DNA of 64,000 bases, taken from Malacoraja senta. Lineage: Eukaryota. This document shows positions 51,497 to 64,000 of the stretch, in pieces (position 1 is the stretch's first letter; the number at the start of each line of letters is the position of its first letter). A program made the translations under genes and the position numbers. The notes beneath the pieces are model-generated. The model saw only the letters and a program-made list of their open reading frames with translations. It made no database searches and was not told the DNA's origin. The stretch covers positions 27,530,001 through 27,594,000 of the forward strand of contig CM075988.1 in assembly GCA_038087875.1 (NCBI GenBank), in the 5' to 3' direction.

Positions 51497-52150
51497 TTAG
51501 TTTAGTTTACAGATACAGCACAGAAACAAGCTCTTAAGGGCCTGTCCCACGGGCATGCGACTCCATGCGGCAAGCGCGACCTAACCGGAAGCGGGGGCCG
51601 CGCGGAGGTCGCGGGGCCGGTCCCACTTCGATCGCCGGAGCCGTATGGAATTGTGCGGAGTCGGTCCCAACATCGCTAGGGGCTCCGAAAAACTGACACT
51701 GTTAAAAAATTCTGCGCAGCAACGGACTGCCGCCCCGCAGCCACATCGAGGCTGTGCGCGCCGCATCGATGGCCGTACGCACCGTCTTGACGTCACTCGA
51801 CCTCCGCGTGGCCCCCGCTTCCGGTTAGGTCGCGTTTGCCGCATGGAGTCGCATGCCCGTGGGACAGGCCCTTTAAGTCAACACTGACCATCGATCACCT
51901 GTTCACACTAGTTCTCTGTTATCCCACTTTCCTGACTACTCCCTACACATTAGAGGCAATTTTTAAGAGGCCAATTAACCTACAAATCTGCACGTCTTTG
52001 GGATATGGTTGGAAATCAGTGCCACGTGAAAACGCACGCAATCACAAAGAGTACGTGCAAACGCCACACAGACAATATCTGAGGCCAGGATCGAACCCTG
52101 CCTGATCTCTGGCGCTGTGATGTAGTGACTCGATCAGCCGCTGTGCTGGT
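51497..52150 (-). mobile_element. HE1-like SINE interrupted by a MITE
   Basis: (tttag)n tail, ccaattaacctacaaatctgcacgtctttggga core, ggatcgaacc B-box complement. Confidence 0.8.
51537..51872. mobile_element. 336-bp PIF/Harbinger-like MITE
   Basis: 75-bp TIRs beginning agggcctgtcccac (2 mismatches); TTA TSD (51534-51536, 51873-51875); CpG-rich. Confidence 0.9.
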
Positions 52151-53451
52151 GGGTTCTATATTCTTAGTGTGTTCTACATTCTTATCACATGTTCATATGC
52201 TCATAATAGGCTCAAGAATGAAAGGCCAACACTTACTCTTAGGAAGTCCTGGAGTTACGTGAAACCTCTTTAGTTAATGACTGCCAGATAATTTTAATGT
52301 TAGGCCATCACATTAAACCCCTGAAGCTCTGTAAAATCTGGAAGAGTGAGGGTGATCTCATTAAATCATAGAAGGTTTTGAAATTACTTGATGAGGCAGA
52401 TGTTGAGACATGGATTTCCCTTCTGAGAGTTTAGAAGTAGGGAAGTAAACTAAGAACTGCGAAAGGGAAATTTCCTCATTTCAAGTGTGGTGATTTTTTG
52501 AAATTTTCTATTCCACATGTCTGAAGATACTCAGATATTAGATATATTCATGGCTGAGAAAGTGAGCCATGACAGACCAACAAGAATATATCTACCAATA
52601 AGGAAATTATGATTTAAAAATGAAGTTATTTTCACCCCTTGTTGAGATGTATGAACTTGTACTCTGGAAGATGGACACTGGGAGGCAGATGATAAAAAGA
52701 CCATAAACTTATTTAATAGTGGAGAAAAAAAACAAAATGCTGGAGGAACTCAACGGGTTAAGGCAGCATTTGTGGAAGGAAATGGGAAGACAACATTTTG
52801 GGTCAGAACACTTCTTCAGATGTGAGAACGAAGCCAAAGAACAGTAGAGCTGCAGGAATCACAGAGAGGCTGAAGTGAGAGAGGGTCTCACTGAACTCCC
52901 ATCCGAGAATGAATGAGAACTTCAAAGTGGGCATACTTTAAGGAGAATCTGCAGATAAATTGTAAGATGATATCCTGTTCCAGTGTTTATGAGGAAATCA
53001 GCATGATGACTAGGTAACTCGCACACATGCTCATTTTTTAAACTAGTACGAGTAAATTGAATTTTAATCCTGTACGGACAGATTGAAGGACTGCAGAAAC
53101 TAAGGCAGTTCTTGAATTTAGGCAGGCAATGTTCAAAAAAGATAGATGAACCATAGATGCTGCTATATCAGGAACAAGTTCAGGTTAGTTTAAGGCACAA
53201 CCTCTGGTTCACTTAATTTTTGGAGCAGAGTGCCACCTAGTGTGGGAAATGGTGATATAATTAAACCATTCAAAAGAAAAAAAGATTAGTGCTTGATACA
53301 GTGATCAGAGCAAAATGTTGATTTAAAGGCAGTAAAAATATTTGTGAAAAAATGTCTAGAGCATTTAATTATCAGAATAGAATGAATCATGTTAATTAGC
53401 ACAACTATCAGCAAAGATCTAGAAATTGCACTCAGATACAACAGAGTACAT

Positions 53452-53645
53452 GTGTAGGAAGGAACTGCAGATGCTGGTTTACACCGAAGATACACACAAA
53501 AAGTTGGAGTAACTCAGCAGGTCAGGCCGCATCTCTGAAGAAAAGGAATAGGTGACATTTCAGGTTGAAGAAGGGTCTCAACCTAAAAGTCACCCATCCA
53601 GAGATGCTGCCTGACCCGCTGAGTTACTCCAGCATTTTGTGTCTA
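53452..53645. mobile_element. Penelope-derived palindromic unit with 14-bp TSD
   Basis: Flanks acaacagagtacat (53438-53451) / acaacagagtgcat (53646-53659). Confidence 0.8.
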
Positions 53646-54338
53646 ACAACAGAGTGCATCCCAGGCTGTAGTCAAAGTCTTTCTTATGAACATCAGGTGC
53701 TTTGCAATTAAGGTGCAAGGGCTGAAGCAAATACTGGTCAAGCAATAGAAAATGGAAAATTTTAAAATTGCAGATGCTGGAAATTGTAGATGTCTTCATT
53801 TTGGGGAATATTTCTCACTATCTATACCCCTAAGTGATAGTAGAGTGATGATAGGGCAGGAGCTGTATCTCCATTATTTGCATGGGGTCAGGGACCAGCT
53901 GAGAAATTGGACGTGATTAAAGAACATACAGGAGATTGCAGAGGGAACAGTCCCTTCAGAATGTTAAAAAGTGGAGAGTATCAAGAATTAATATGCATAT
54001 GCATTAAAGTGTTATCTCTGCTGAGTGATAGCACTCTCAGTTTTCAAACTGAAGTTGTACATTCTGAGATTAAATATAGGAATTTAGCACTTCATTTCGG
54101 CTGTCAATTTTTGGATTATTGAGAGGCTGGCAAAAATACTCTGGTAATTTTAAACTGCGTCACTCTCAGTCTGTTTGAATGGGCAGGATGTGTTTGGGGA
54201 TAATGTTAAGTGGGGATCCAGAAACATCTGCTAATGTCTCGGTGTCATTTATCTTTCAACCAAAAGATATTACCTGGCAAAGTCTTTCATTTTCTGTCAG
54301 CATACAGCTTTTTAACACAAATTGATGGCCACATTTCT

Positions 54339-54650
54339 ATAGACAATAGACAATAGACAATAGGTCCAGGAGTAGGCCATTCGGCCCTTCGAGCCAGCCA
54401 TTCAATGTGATAATGGCTGATCATCCCCAATTGGTACCCCGTTCCTGCCTTCTCCCCATATCCCCTGACTCCGCTATCTTTAAGAGGCCTATCTAGCTCT
54501 CTCTTGAAAGTATCCAGAGAACCGACCTTCACTGCCCTCTGAGGCAGAGAATTCCACACTCACAACTCTCTGTGAGAAAAAGTGTTTCCTCCTCTCCGTT
54601 CTAAATGGCTTACCCCTCATTCTTAAACTGTGGCCCCTGGTTCTGGACTT
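54339..54650 (-). mobile_element. Young CR1 3' end with (ctattgt)n tail
   Basis: ORFs SRTRGHSLRMRGKPFRTERRKHFFSQRVV and WNSLPQRAV...RGYGEKAGTGY. Confidence 0.92.
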
Positions 54651-54849
54651 GCAGTACAGAACCAGGGTTTCTTTGCAGTACAATAGAAATTACATCTAAA
54701 AAATATAGGATTATTCGTGAAGTACTTTGCAATGTGAAAACCATTTCTCGATGAAACAAAACTTTATTGGTAAAGCAAGCTATTTTTTTCCTTATTAATG
54801 CATAAAGATTTGAATGGCAAGGGAATATAAAAATGAACTAGTGGTGGAA

Positions 54850-57150
54850 CAACTTAATAGAAGGTGCAATAAAACGATGGTAACCTATTGTTATTGCTCA
54901 GATTCAGGAAGTTGTTGAGTGTTGTTATACATCTCCCATGGGTAAGGAAATTAAGGCCAGAGTTTCATGGATGACTAAAAAGATATAGTTTTAAATAGAG
55001 CAGAAAAAAATAACATGAACCAGGCTGATTACAGAAAGCAGAGAGAATGTCAAAATGAAATAAGAGAGAGTGGAAAAGGACTTGCAGCAAAAATAAAAGA
55101 GAATGTAAATATATTCTACAGACACTTGAACAGACAAAAAAGGTTCAAAGAAGAGGTGCAGCCAATCAAAGACCAAAATGTAAACTTACACTTGGAGACA
55201 AAGGGAACACATGAGATAGCAAATAAAGACATTAACTGAGAATCTTTATGTACCAAAAATCAGTCCAGGCTCCATTTTATAAATCAGTGCCACCGAGGGA
55301 AGTTGCAGAGTTTACAGCTATAATCTCTCAAACATCAAAGGTTCAAGGGTGGTGCCAGAAGTGGAAATTTGTAACACCCCTACATTTGCAGTAAAGAGTG
55401 CAAGGATAAACCCAGTAACTACAAACCACTTATTTTATCTTTGGCGATGGGAAATATTCCAACAGCAAAAATCAGCGATAAAGTTAGCAATCATTTGGAT
55501 TAATTAAAGAAAGTCTATATGGAGTTGTTAAAAGCAATGGACAACATACAAAAATACAACAGACCGAGCAGCATCTGCAGCAGAGAAATGGACAGTCAAC
55601 GATTTGGGTTATAACCCTTCACCTAGACTGAAAAAGTAGAGGCGAGATGTCTAGTTTAAAGAGGTGATGGGGAGGGGGTGGGGCACGATCTGGCAAGATA
55701 ATAGATGGATCCGGTTGGGGAGAGGTGAATTGGTAGATGTGGTCAGGAAGAGGAAAGGGTGGAAATAGAAACAGCAACTGGGAAATGATAGATGGAATCT
55801 AGTTGGAAAAGAAGGTGAAGTATGGAACCAAATAAGGAAGATAAGGTGGGCAGATGGGAACAGCGGAGACAGGGCACCCATTGAGATGGCTAACGAGGGA
55901 CATAACATTGACATGGTATGTATTGTCCTCCAAAAGCATTTAAATGATGTTGCATAAGAGTTTTGTCACTGGGAAGGAAATATATGAATAAAAGGGGTTG
56001 TGGCAGCATGGATTTATCATTGTCTAATTCAGAGGAAACAGACAGCTGTAGCAGATCGGTATTATTCAAAGTAGAGGAAAATGGACAATAAAGTTACCTG
56101 CCACTGATATTAGAACTACTGCTGCTGTAGGTAATTTGTACTTGGGTTTACAAGTCACAACTTCCATATATGTAGATAAAACAAAATTTAATGGTTAGTG
56201 AACAACAAGGAGGATAATGTTAGATTCCAAGGAGATATTGATAGGCTGGGGGTATGGGCAGATAAAGGAATATGAACTTCATTTTTTTTTAAATGACACA
56301 ACGTGCTGGAGTAACTGAGCGGGTCAGAACGCATCTCTAGAGAACAAGGATAGGTGAATTTTCAGATTGGGACCCTTCTTCAGAGTTAGTGAAGTTGTAA
56401 TATTTTATTTGGATGAATAGAAAGAGACAATATACACCAGAAGTACAAGAACAGATAGATGTGGATATATATGTGCATGGTTTGTTGCAAGTGTCAGGGC
56501 ATGTCAGAAAGTAATGAAAAAGGCATACAGGTTCCTGGGTTTCAAAACTAAAGGCAGAGGATAAAAACAAGGATGCTATAATCAGCCTTGAAAAACTTAC
56601 TTTTGCCACCACGAGAGTGTTGTGATTAGTTATACATGTCACACTTTTGGGAAAACGGAAAGGCTTAGAAATGGTGCAGAAGGGAGTCACCAAAATTATT
56701 TTATGGATAGACTGGAGAATCAGTAGTTATTGACTTTTGAACAGAAGAGGTGGTGGGGGGACATACCATTGAGTCATAGAGGACAGAACCAGGCCATTCA
56801 GCCCACTATATCTGTGCCGACCATCACGTATATTTACTTGCTCTGCTCTGTAGCATACTATGCCTTGGTAATTCAATGGATTTTCCAGATTCTCCTTAAA
56901 TGTTATGAAAGTACCTGTCTGGTTTTAAACGCATTGTGCTTAAAATTATGAATGGAGTAGATAGTAAATAGACAGAAAATAGATAATACACAATGAAGGT
57001 GATTGGTAATGGAACCAAAAATGACACCAGCAAACTATATCCAGGAAACTATATCATACAATACTATATCATACAATAAATGAGTCTGAAATGTTCTCAT
57101 TGGGCACGAGGCAAATTCAATTATGGTATTCAAAAGTGATTGGAATAAGT
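54850..57150 (+). mobile_element. Highly degenerate CR1 ORF2 remnant with nested Penelope fragments (~55550-55870, ~56295-56385)
   Basis: ORF 55015 LAAKIKENVNIFYRHLNRQK...PIKDQ; gataaacccagtaactaca; ttccaaggagatattgataggctg. Confidence 0.65.
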
Positions 57151-58712
57151 CTCCTGGCTCTACCTAGAGAAAACTACTTTCTATTAACTTTGTTCTGTTC
57201 TGTTCTGTTACTTCCTCAAGCAGCAACATTCAATTCATTGCTGAAGTGGGGTCTGTCAGCCCTATGGTATTGTGATTGCAAATAAAAGAGTAAGAGCTAC
57301 TCGCTAAACCACTTTACCAAGGACAACCAGCTCCCATTGAAGAGCAGTGATTGGTATAATGTAGCCAAAGTCTGAGGACATGGCATACATAGGGTCTTAA
57401 ATGTACATTGATACTCATTTATACCACGCCTATTCATGTTTGAAGTGTTAGGAAAAACAGGATTGATTCTGAGCTCCATAGAACGAGTATTTTTGCAGTT
57501 GTTTTATGATTGAATCCTCTCTCTGCACCTCAATATAGATATATCTCTTTCTGGTCTGGTGGCCACCTGGATATTACTGCATTATGTGGTCTTGAGGTAG
57601 GTCACACCAATGTTAATATGACTTTTTGAATTCATTCAATAGCCATTAATGGGATGTGGCAAGCTCAAAAATTGCATGTGATCTTGGCAGAAACAACACA
57701 CTTGTGCTGGTTTACACAAAAGGACACAAAGTGCTGGAGTAACAGCAGGTCAGGCAGCTTCTCTGGAGACCATGAATAGGTAACACTTCGGGTCAACCCT
57801 CCGAATCATCAAAAGGTAAAATTCTTAAAGGGAACAACTCATTGGGCATGATGGCCTCACCTAAAGGCAATCGCTTTGTGGAAGCTTCAAATAAAACTCA
57901 TTCCAAACATTCATGTCTTGTGCCAAGCACCATTTGAAATTGGGTTACAAATTACAGGGATGATTATAATGCTTCACAAGCTATTTTTAAATGATTAGTC
58001 TGGAAATAATTTCTGGACTTTCTAGTAAGATTTATTACTGACTGTGTGTACAATCAAACTCAGCAGATTTATTGTGCTCCAATATGCAAGAGTACTTTGC
58101 ATCCAAGTCAAGAGTATTACTTAGCAAAATGCTCTCATTGCTTTAGCTCATGCTGATTAAATTGTGTCTGGAACTGTTATACTTTGCAAGACCTTATGGG
58201 GCCCCTTGAACATTTAATCAACAAATCTAGTATATCTATGCAATTGCCAAACCTTTCTGAATGTTAATCAGATTTGAAATCTGAATACACAAGAATTATG
58301 CCACTCAAGCTAAATCAGTGTATTTTGCTGCAGGCCATCTAAGCCATTTTCATATTGCTCTTCAACTAATGAAGGGTTATTAGTACGGGGACCATAACCA
58401 TCCAGATCTTTGCACTCATCAGCAGTCTAAGTGAATAGAACTTACTGGCAGCTGGCGGGCTTTGGTATATCCCATAACATCCTTGCAATCTGCTGATCAA
58501 CATCACTTTCCTCACACATGTTATCCTATCTTATGTATACCTTGCTTGTTGTGACACTAGTAATACATAATAGTGACACATCCACCCTGTGGATTCACAG
58601 TGGTCAGTGCATAGTGGCAGTTGATGAAAAGTTTTATTTTCAGGCCAGTTGGCAGTGGAGACCAATGTGTGATCTTTATATATACACATGGTAACTTAAG
58701 ACTTGTAAATTA

Positions 58713-59635
58713 CTTTGGCTGGGAGAGGATCCAGCCTGCCCCCTGTGTGCAGTTCCAGCAAACCTCAAGCACATCCTGGTCGGTTGTAAGACCAGCCTAA
58801 CACAAGGCAGATACACCTGGCGACACAACCAGGTGCTGAGGTGTTTGGCAGCTGAACCCGACTGCAAGAGAGTTACCACCAATGCCATGACTATCAATGC
58901 CCAGATAACATTCCAGCAAATACCATTCTTCATCCGGGAAGGAGAGAAACGGAGGACTAACCCCTCGCCTCTCAACTCATGCCCACCGAACGCAGCCAGG
59001 GACTGGGAAATGCGTGTTGACCTAGGCCAGAGGCTTTTGTTCCCAGTTGAAATCGCAGTTACCAACCTGCGACCAGACCTCGTTCTCTTGTCCAACTCCT
59101 GTCGGCGTGTTTTCATCATTGAGCTGATGGTCCCATGGGAGGAGGCTGTGGACGAGGCTTATGAAAGGAAAAAGCTTTGATATTCAAACCTTGTAGCAGA
59201 GGCAGAGGAGAGAGGTTGGAGTGTAAGGGTGTGTCCAGTGGAGGTGGGGTGCAGGGGCTTTGTAGCCAGTTCCACCGCAAGGCTCTTGAGGGAAGTAGGA
59301 GTCAAAGGGCAGGCACAAAGGAGGGCAATAAAAGAACTTGCCAATGCCGCCGAACGGAGCAGTCACTGGCTGTGGCTGAAGAGGAAAGATGCTGTCTGGG
59401 CTGCCACGTGACCATCTAGAGGCTAACAATAAGACACACACCCAGGTCTGATCAACCTGCGGTGGGCCTGCCTCGAATGAGGGTGTCTTGTGATAAAAGG
59501 CCGAAACACCCAGTGACGTTGAGGTACACAACTGAAGATGTGTCTGATTGTTAGCAATTTCACCTAGTGATCATACCCGAGAATGTCAATTGTAGTGAAA
59601 TCTTAGGGATTGTAACACCCAGTCCTACTAATCAA
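58713..59635 (+). mobile_element. R2-Hero non-LTR retrotransposon, 5'-truncated 3' fragment
   Basis: One frame 58713-59411 with a single TGA (59178-59180): CPLC..LKHILVGC zinc knuckle, RYTWRHNQVL, restriction-like endonuclease LRPDLVL...IIELMVPWEE, PVEVGCRGF, SSHWLWLKR; structured 3' UTR. Confidence 0.9.
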
Positions 59636-60149
59636 CCAAGACCTAATTTATGAAATTATTATACCTTAAATCCGCACGAGAGATCACAAAGGACTCAGTG
59701 AATTAACATTAGGCATATAGAACATATTAATGGTGAAAGTCAGGCTTGACATGTTTGCGGGCTTCAGCAAGGATGCAATTGAAAACACATGAAATTGTCC
59801 AAAACCTTCAGTATTGAATCAGTTGGAGGGTTAAATGGTTCTGCTGAAATGTTAATTGTTTATGCAGTTAGATATTTCTTTGCTGCAGGAGGAAATAATC
59901 ACTTGAATGATTAGGAAGAGATCATATATCACTATGATTCCTGAAATAGCTATCTGTATATTTGCATGAGAAGGATAATGAAGATTTTTTTTAGTACCGT
60001 ATCTAATTGTCTCTAGATTATTCCATGTACTTAAAATCAATTTAATCCATTCATTTTCATTAGTCGGTAAGTGACTGCAGCCAGATTTCAACAATTCCAG
60101 GAGAAATATAGATCTCATAAAATAACTGGGTTCAGTCATCTGTCATAGA

Positions 60150-60450
60150 TTCTTTGAGTCAGACAGAATGAAAACAGGCCCTTCAGTTCGTCAGTCCATG
60201 TTGACTATCCGACACCCATTTATACTAATCCTAATCTCACATTTACATCAGGCTCCATTCTACTCACTGGGGATACATTTCAGTGGCTAATTAACCTACT
60301 GAATTTCATGTCTTTGGAATGTGGAAGGAAACTGGAACAGCTGGGAAAAATCCATGCGGTCACAGCGAGAATGTACAAATTCCTCACAAAGAGCACTAGC
60401 TATCAGGATTGAATGCAGCACCAGACTGGTAAGGCTGAAACTCTACAATT
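60150..60450 (-). mobile_element. Degenerate HE1-like SINE
   Basis: aacaggcccttcag tail; ctaattaacctactga...tgtctttggaatgtggaaggaaactgga core. Confidence 0.7.
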
Positions 60451-61596
60451 GTGTGTCAGTAAAAACTCGCCAATGAGACAACATATATTAGTACCCCACA
60501 AACATGCCTTGGAACATTTATTAAATAAAATAATTTGGTTCATTAGATTACTATAATAATGGGACTATGAACCTGTATCAGCTACTGGGGGGGCCATTTT
60601 TGACAGAATTAATGGCCTGGGAAAGCTACTGGCCCCATTTTTTAATTGTTTGTAAATTATAAACTTCCCGTTAATACCAGATGGAAGCATTAGTAATTTC
60701 TCTTAAGAAAGGAAAATTGCATTAGAGAAATACCAATGGATAAAGAACAAGTTCATGTCAAACTATTTGAGACATGACGCAGTAGAGAAACTGCTGGTGC
60801 CTCAGCAGTTAAAATCATCTTTGTTATCAGAAAATAATGGAAACAAAGAAAGTATCAGGCTGTTTAGAAACATAAGATTGAAGTGGAATTGGCTGCTAGC
60901 AAGAACAAAATCTTGATTATTTCATCCAGCAACCAAGTCATCACATGAATCAAGACTTCCTGGGTTACCTAGGTGACAATTTAGACGGCCAACATTGAGG
61001 CCTATGAAGAAAACCAAGGATCAGATGGTCATTATTGCGGTCATGATTTGCAAACCTATTTCATTTATATGAAGAGTTGCTCTTCATGATATAATTGGCT
61101 AGTTCTTCTAGCACAGGTGTCCATTAACTGTTGTCGTGTTTGAGACTTTGCTCCATCCTTGTCACGGCTCTTGAGCAATTATTTTGCAGAATATGTTGAT
61201 ATTAATTTGGAGATCAGTTATAAAGTCAATTTGATGTCAAGTAGGAATTAGTTTGTTCTCAATCATTTAACATCTCTCAACATTTCCAATTCAATTTGTA
61301 ATGGTGGCAGCTGTTTGGGGGGAGGGATATTCTACTGTGGCTGTTTTATATGATTTATATCAAGGGAATTACTGAAATTCTCTATTCATGACAGTGGTAT
61401 AATTAAAGCTGTCGCTAACATTGTTTTCAGTTATGAATACTCCAGATAGTGAGGATTTGACTGTTGAGTTATCCAGAGCAATTCTAAAATTGTGCCACAG
61501 TAGTTCAAATCTGTGATTGCTGGGCAATAATTTTGCTTTTTATTGGTATGCAAATCAAATTCCTCATATGTTGCAAAACATACTTGGCTAATAAAG

Positions 61597-61632
61597 TATG
61601 ATTATGATTATGATTATGATTTTTTTTTTTTT
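61597..61632 (+). repeat. (TATGAT)4 + poly-T microsatellite
   Basis: tatgattatgattatgattatgattttttttttttt. Confidence 0.9.
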
Positions 61633-62473
61633 AATGAATCAATCTTTGGTGCCTGTTCATTGACTTCCATGCAGAAAAGGAATTAGTGATTTTAATTATT
61701 TATCCTGAATCTGATTATTTTTTGATAAAATTCACTTGTCCGAATGAGCAATGTAAAATGTTTATGAGCTGTTTAACCAAACATTAATGTATTGGGAGTC
61801 AATTAGCACGTCACAATTGTTTGGGACATGAAAATAGGTTAGTACGGTAAATATATTTGTGTGATAAACATAGTACAACCTTATCAGTCCTGTACTTCTT
61901 ATCACCTTAAGTGGGAAGAAAAATTCCTGTAATAATAGGCATTGCATAGATGCTGTGACAAGTAACAATGATTGCTGTTATTGTTATTGTTAGCAGCAAA
62001 GTAAAATAATTTAAACTTCCCTTAAAATGATTTCTATTTTATAAAATAACATGACCAAATAGGGCAATGTATTCACACATTCCTAAATCAAATAGTGGAG
62101 CACTTGATTTTGCTTGAGTCGTGGATTTACTATCAATCTCCAACATCCTGATTAATTATAGTAATCAGTGAACAAAATACTCCAAAATGAGTGGTTCTAA
62201 TTTGGTAAATTGTGATGGTGGGTTTCTGTATTTAGGAATCCAGACTGCAGTTTTTTTTATACAGCCTCTTTTATAGGAGAAAGTCTCCAGCTTCATTTGT
62301 ATAATTTGATTAGAGCTAGCACGGTACAAGGACTAAAACCGGTTGTTCATCTGATTTAAAAGTTACCACTGGACTTCAAAAATAATGTTGAACAAAGATT
62401 GTCAATGAATAACTGATTTCTGAAGTTTCATTATTGCATGAATAGGTGATAAAATATTGCATCAAGACATTTT

Positions 62474-63736
62474 GTTTAGTTTAGTTTAGGGATGCATTGC
62501 GGAAACAGACACTTAAGCCCACCGGGTCTGCGCCGACCAGTGAACCCTGCATACTAACACTATGCTACACACACTTGGGACAATTTTCAATTTTACCAAG
62601 TCTTCTTCTTTTTGCGAATGAAACATAAATAATCCAAAGGAACAGTTAGATCTCAAGCCGGGTGTTGAGCAGCCAGGTTGTTGTCTCTGCGTCAATGTCT
62701 GCCAGGCCCTGAGCTCCATTTGGTGGGTGGTAAAGCGGGCACTCAGAGATGACATGGTTTGCTGTCTGTTGTTCTGCTCCGCATTCACAGGCTGGGCTCT
62801 GGCGGAGCCCCCATCTCCACGTGCTGGCATTGAAACGCCCAACTCCAGTACAAAGTCTGTTGAGCTTCACCCATGCTCCTCTGGGGGGGGGTCAGACCCT
62901 GGACAGCTTTTATCTGGTGAAGAGATGTAGCTGTGTAATTGAGATGAGGTTGCCTTCCACTCCTGTGACCACTTGGTGGCTATCCAGTGTGCTCTTGTCT
63001 CAGTTGACTGGATGGATGCTTGGAGTTGTTTTCCATGTGGAGCAAAGGGGTGACGGGACTTTAGTCGGGGTGGCCTCTGCTCTCTGCTGATAGCCTGATG
63101 GAGGAGGTGATCTGGGTCCATGGCACGATGAGATAGTGCCAGACTTGCTGCTTGCCTTCGGATCCCTGCAGGCGAAATGCCTGCAAGTATAGGGAGCTGC
63201 TCGGCTGGAGTAGGTTGAAGGCACCCAGTGATGGTTCGCAAGGTGCTGTTCAGGCTCGTGTCAACCAGACTAGTATGTCTGCTTCTGCTCCATGCGGGTG
63301 CGCAGATCTCAGCTGGAGCATACACAAGAGCTAAGGCAGAGGTGCGAAGAGTTGATGGATTGGCTTTCCAACTTGTTCCTGCCAGGCGTCGGATGAGGCC
63401 GCTATGTGCCATGACCTTGTCGCGGAGACCAACCAGGTGTTGACGAAATGTAAGCGACCTGTCCAGCTTTACGCCGAGGTAAGTAAGTGTTTCTTGGAAG
63501 TCCAAGCACCTATTGTTAATGATGACAGATAGCTCGTCAATTACCAAGTGAATTAGCCTACAAACCTGCATGCCTTTGAAGCATGGAAGGAATCTGGAGA
63601 TCCTGGAGAAAACCAACGCAGGTCACGGGGAAAATGTAGAAACTCCGTACACACAGCATCCATAGTCAGGATCGAACCCGGGTCTCTGGGGCACTGTAAG
63701 CCACCAACTCTATCGGTGTTCCACCGTGCAGCCCAA
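62474..63736 (-). mobile_element. HE1-like SINE split by the Vingi insertion
   Basis: Tail half 62474-62601; head half 63541-63736 with gagacccgggttcgatcctgac on the minus strand. Confidence 0.85.
62602..63540 (-). mobile_element. Vingi-like (I-group) non-LTR retrotransposon, 5'-truncated, 9-bp TSD
   Basis: YLGVKLDRSLTF...RRLAGTSW...LRTSALALVY...ITGCLQPTP...RLKSRHPF; C-terminal CECG..QT..H...C knuckle; very short 3' UTR ending (GAA)n; TSD ttaccaagt at 62593-62601 and 63541-63549; frameshift in the G-run at ~62883-62891. Confidence 0.88.
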
Positions 63737-64000
63737 TTTCAATTAGTTGTGGAATTATTCCCTTTTGATATTTCTTACAAATAACAGAGGTAGCATACTT
63801 GAAATGCACCACCTGTGTCCTCACCGAGTTTTTCTTGTGTTCTTAGTATAAGAATACCGAGCAATAGCTCCATATTTCCAGTTCCTTTCCCTTGGTTTAT
63901 AAATAGCACCTCCATCCTTGAGATTGTCTTGAGGATCACAGTTCTATTCCTCTACATTGTATGTAGGAAGGAACTGCAGATGCTGGTTTTAACCAAAGAT

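Noticed and set aside
59480..59545. Hammerhead ribozyme in the Hero 3' UTR
   Set aside because: GAAAC and CUGAAGA occur in the wrong order and geometry, with no stem II between them; treated as plain stem-loops.

Overview
Vertebrate nuclear DNA, very probably from an elasmobranch (skate or ray), inferred from the repeat set: HE1-like tRNA SINEs, HER1/CR1 LINEs, SacSINE1/Deu-SINEs, Rex1/Babar LINEs and abundant Penelope-derived units. The window is mostly intronic or intergenic and rich in transposons. The only long protein-coding stretches are disabled retrotransposon ORFs: a 3.3-kb CR1 (38.6-41.9 kb, -), an R2-Hero 3' fragment (58.7-59.6 kb, +), a Vingi-like 3' fragment with TSD (62.6-63.5 kb, -) and Rex1 fragments. 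DNA transposon derivatives are two hAT-like elements, a Harbinger-like MITE and a Helitron-like element with nested insertions. A CpG-retaining zone at ~46.5-47.9 kb holds a probable first coding exon of an unidentified minus-strand host gene (MILPSLTLVLMV, donor GTAAGT). The most notable pattern is about 25 short Penelope pLTR-derived units. Many carry a minimal hammerhead-ribozyme core (CUGAAGA-stem II-GAAAC-GUH), at least six have their own 11-15 bp TSDs, and several are head-to-head palindromes, so they appear to move as independent SINE/retrozyme-like elements. No CRISPR, rRNA, genuine tRNA or recognisable complete host gene was seen. Family names come from motif recognition, not database searches, and boundaries of old repeats are approximate.
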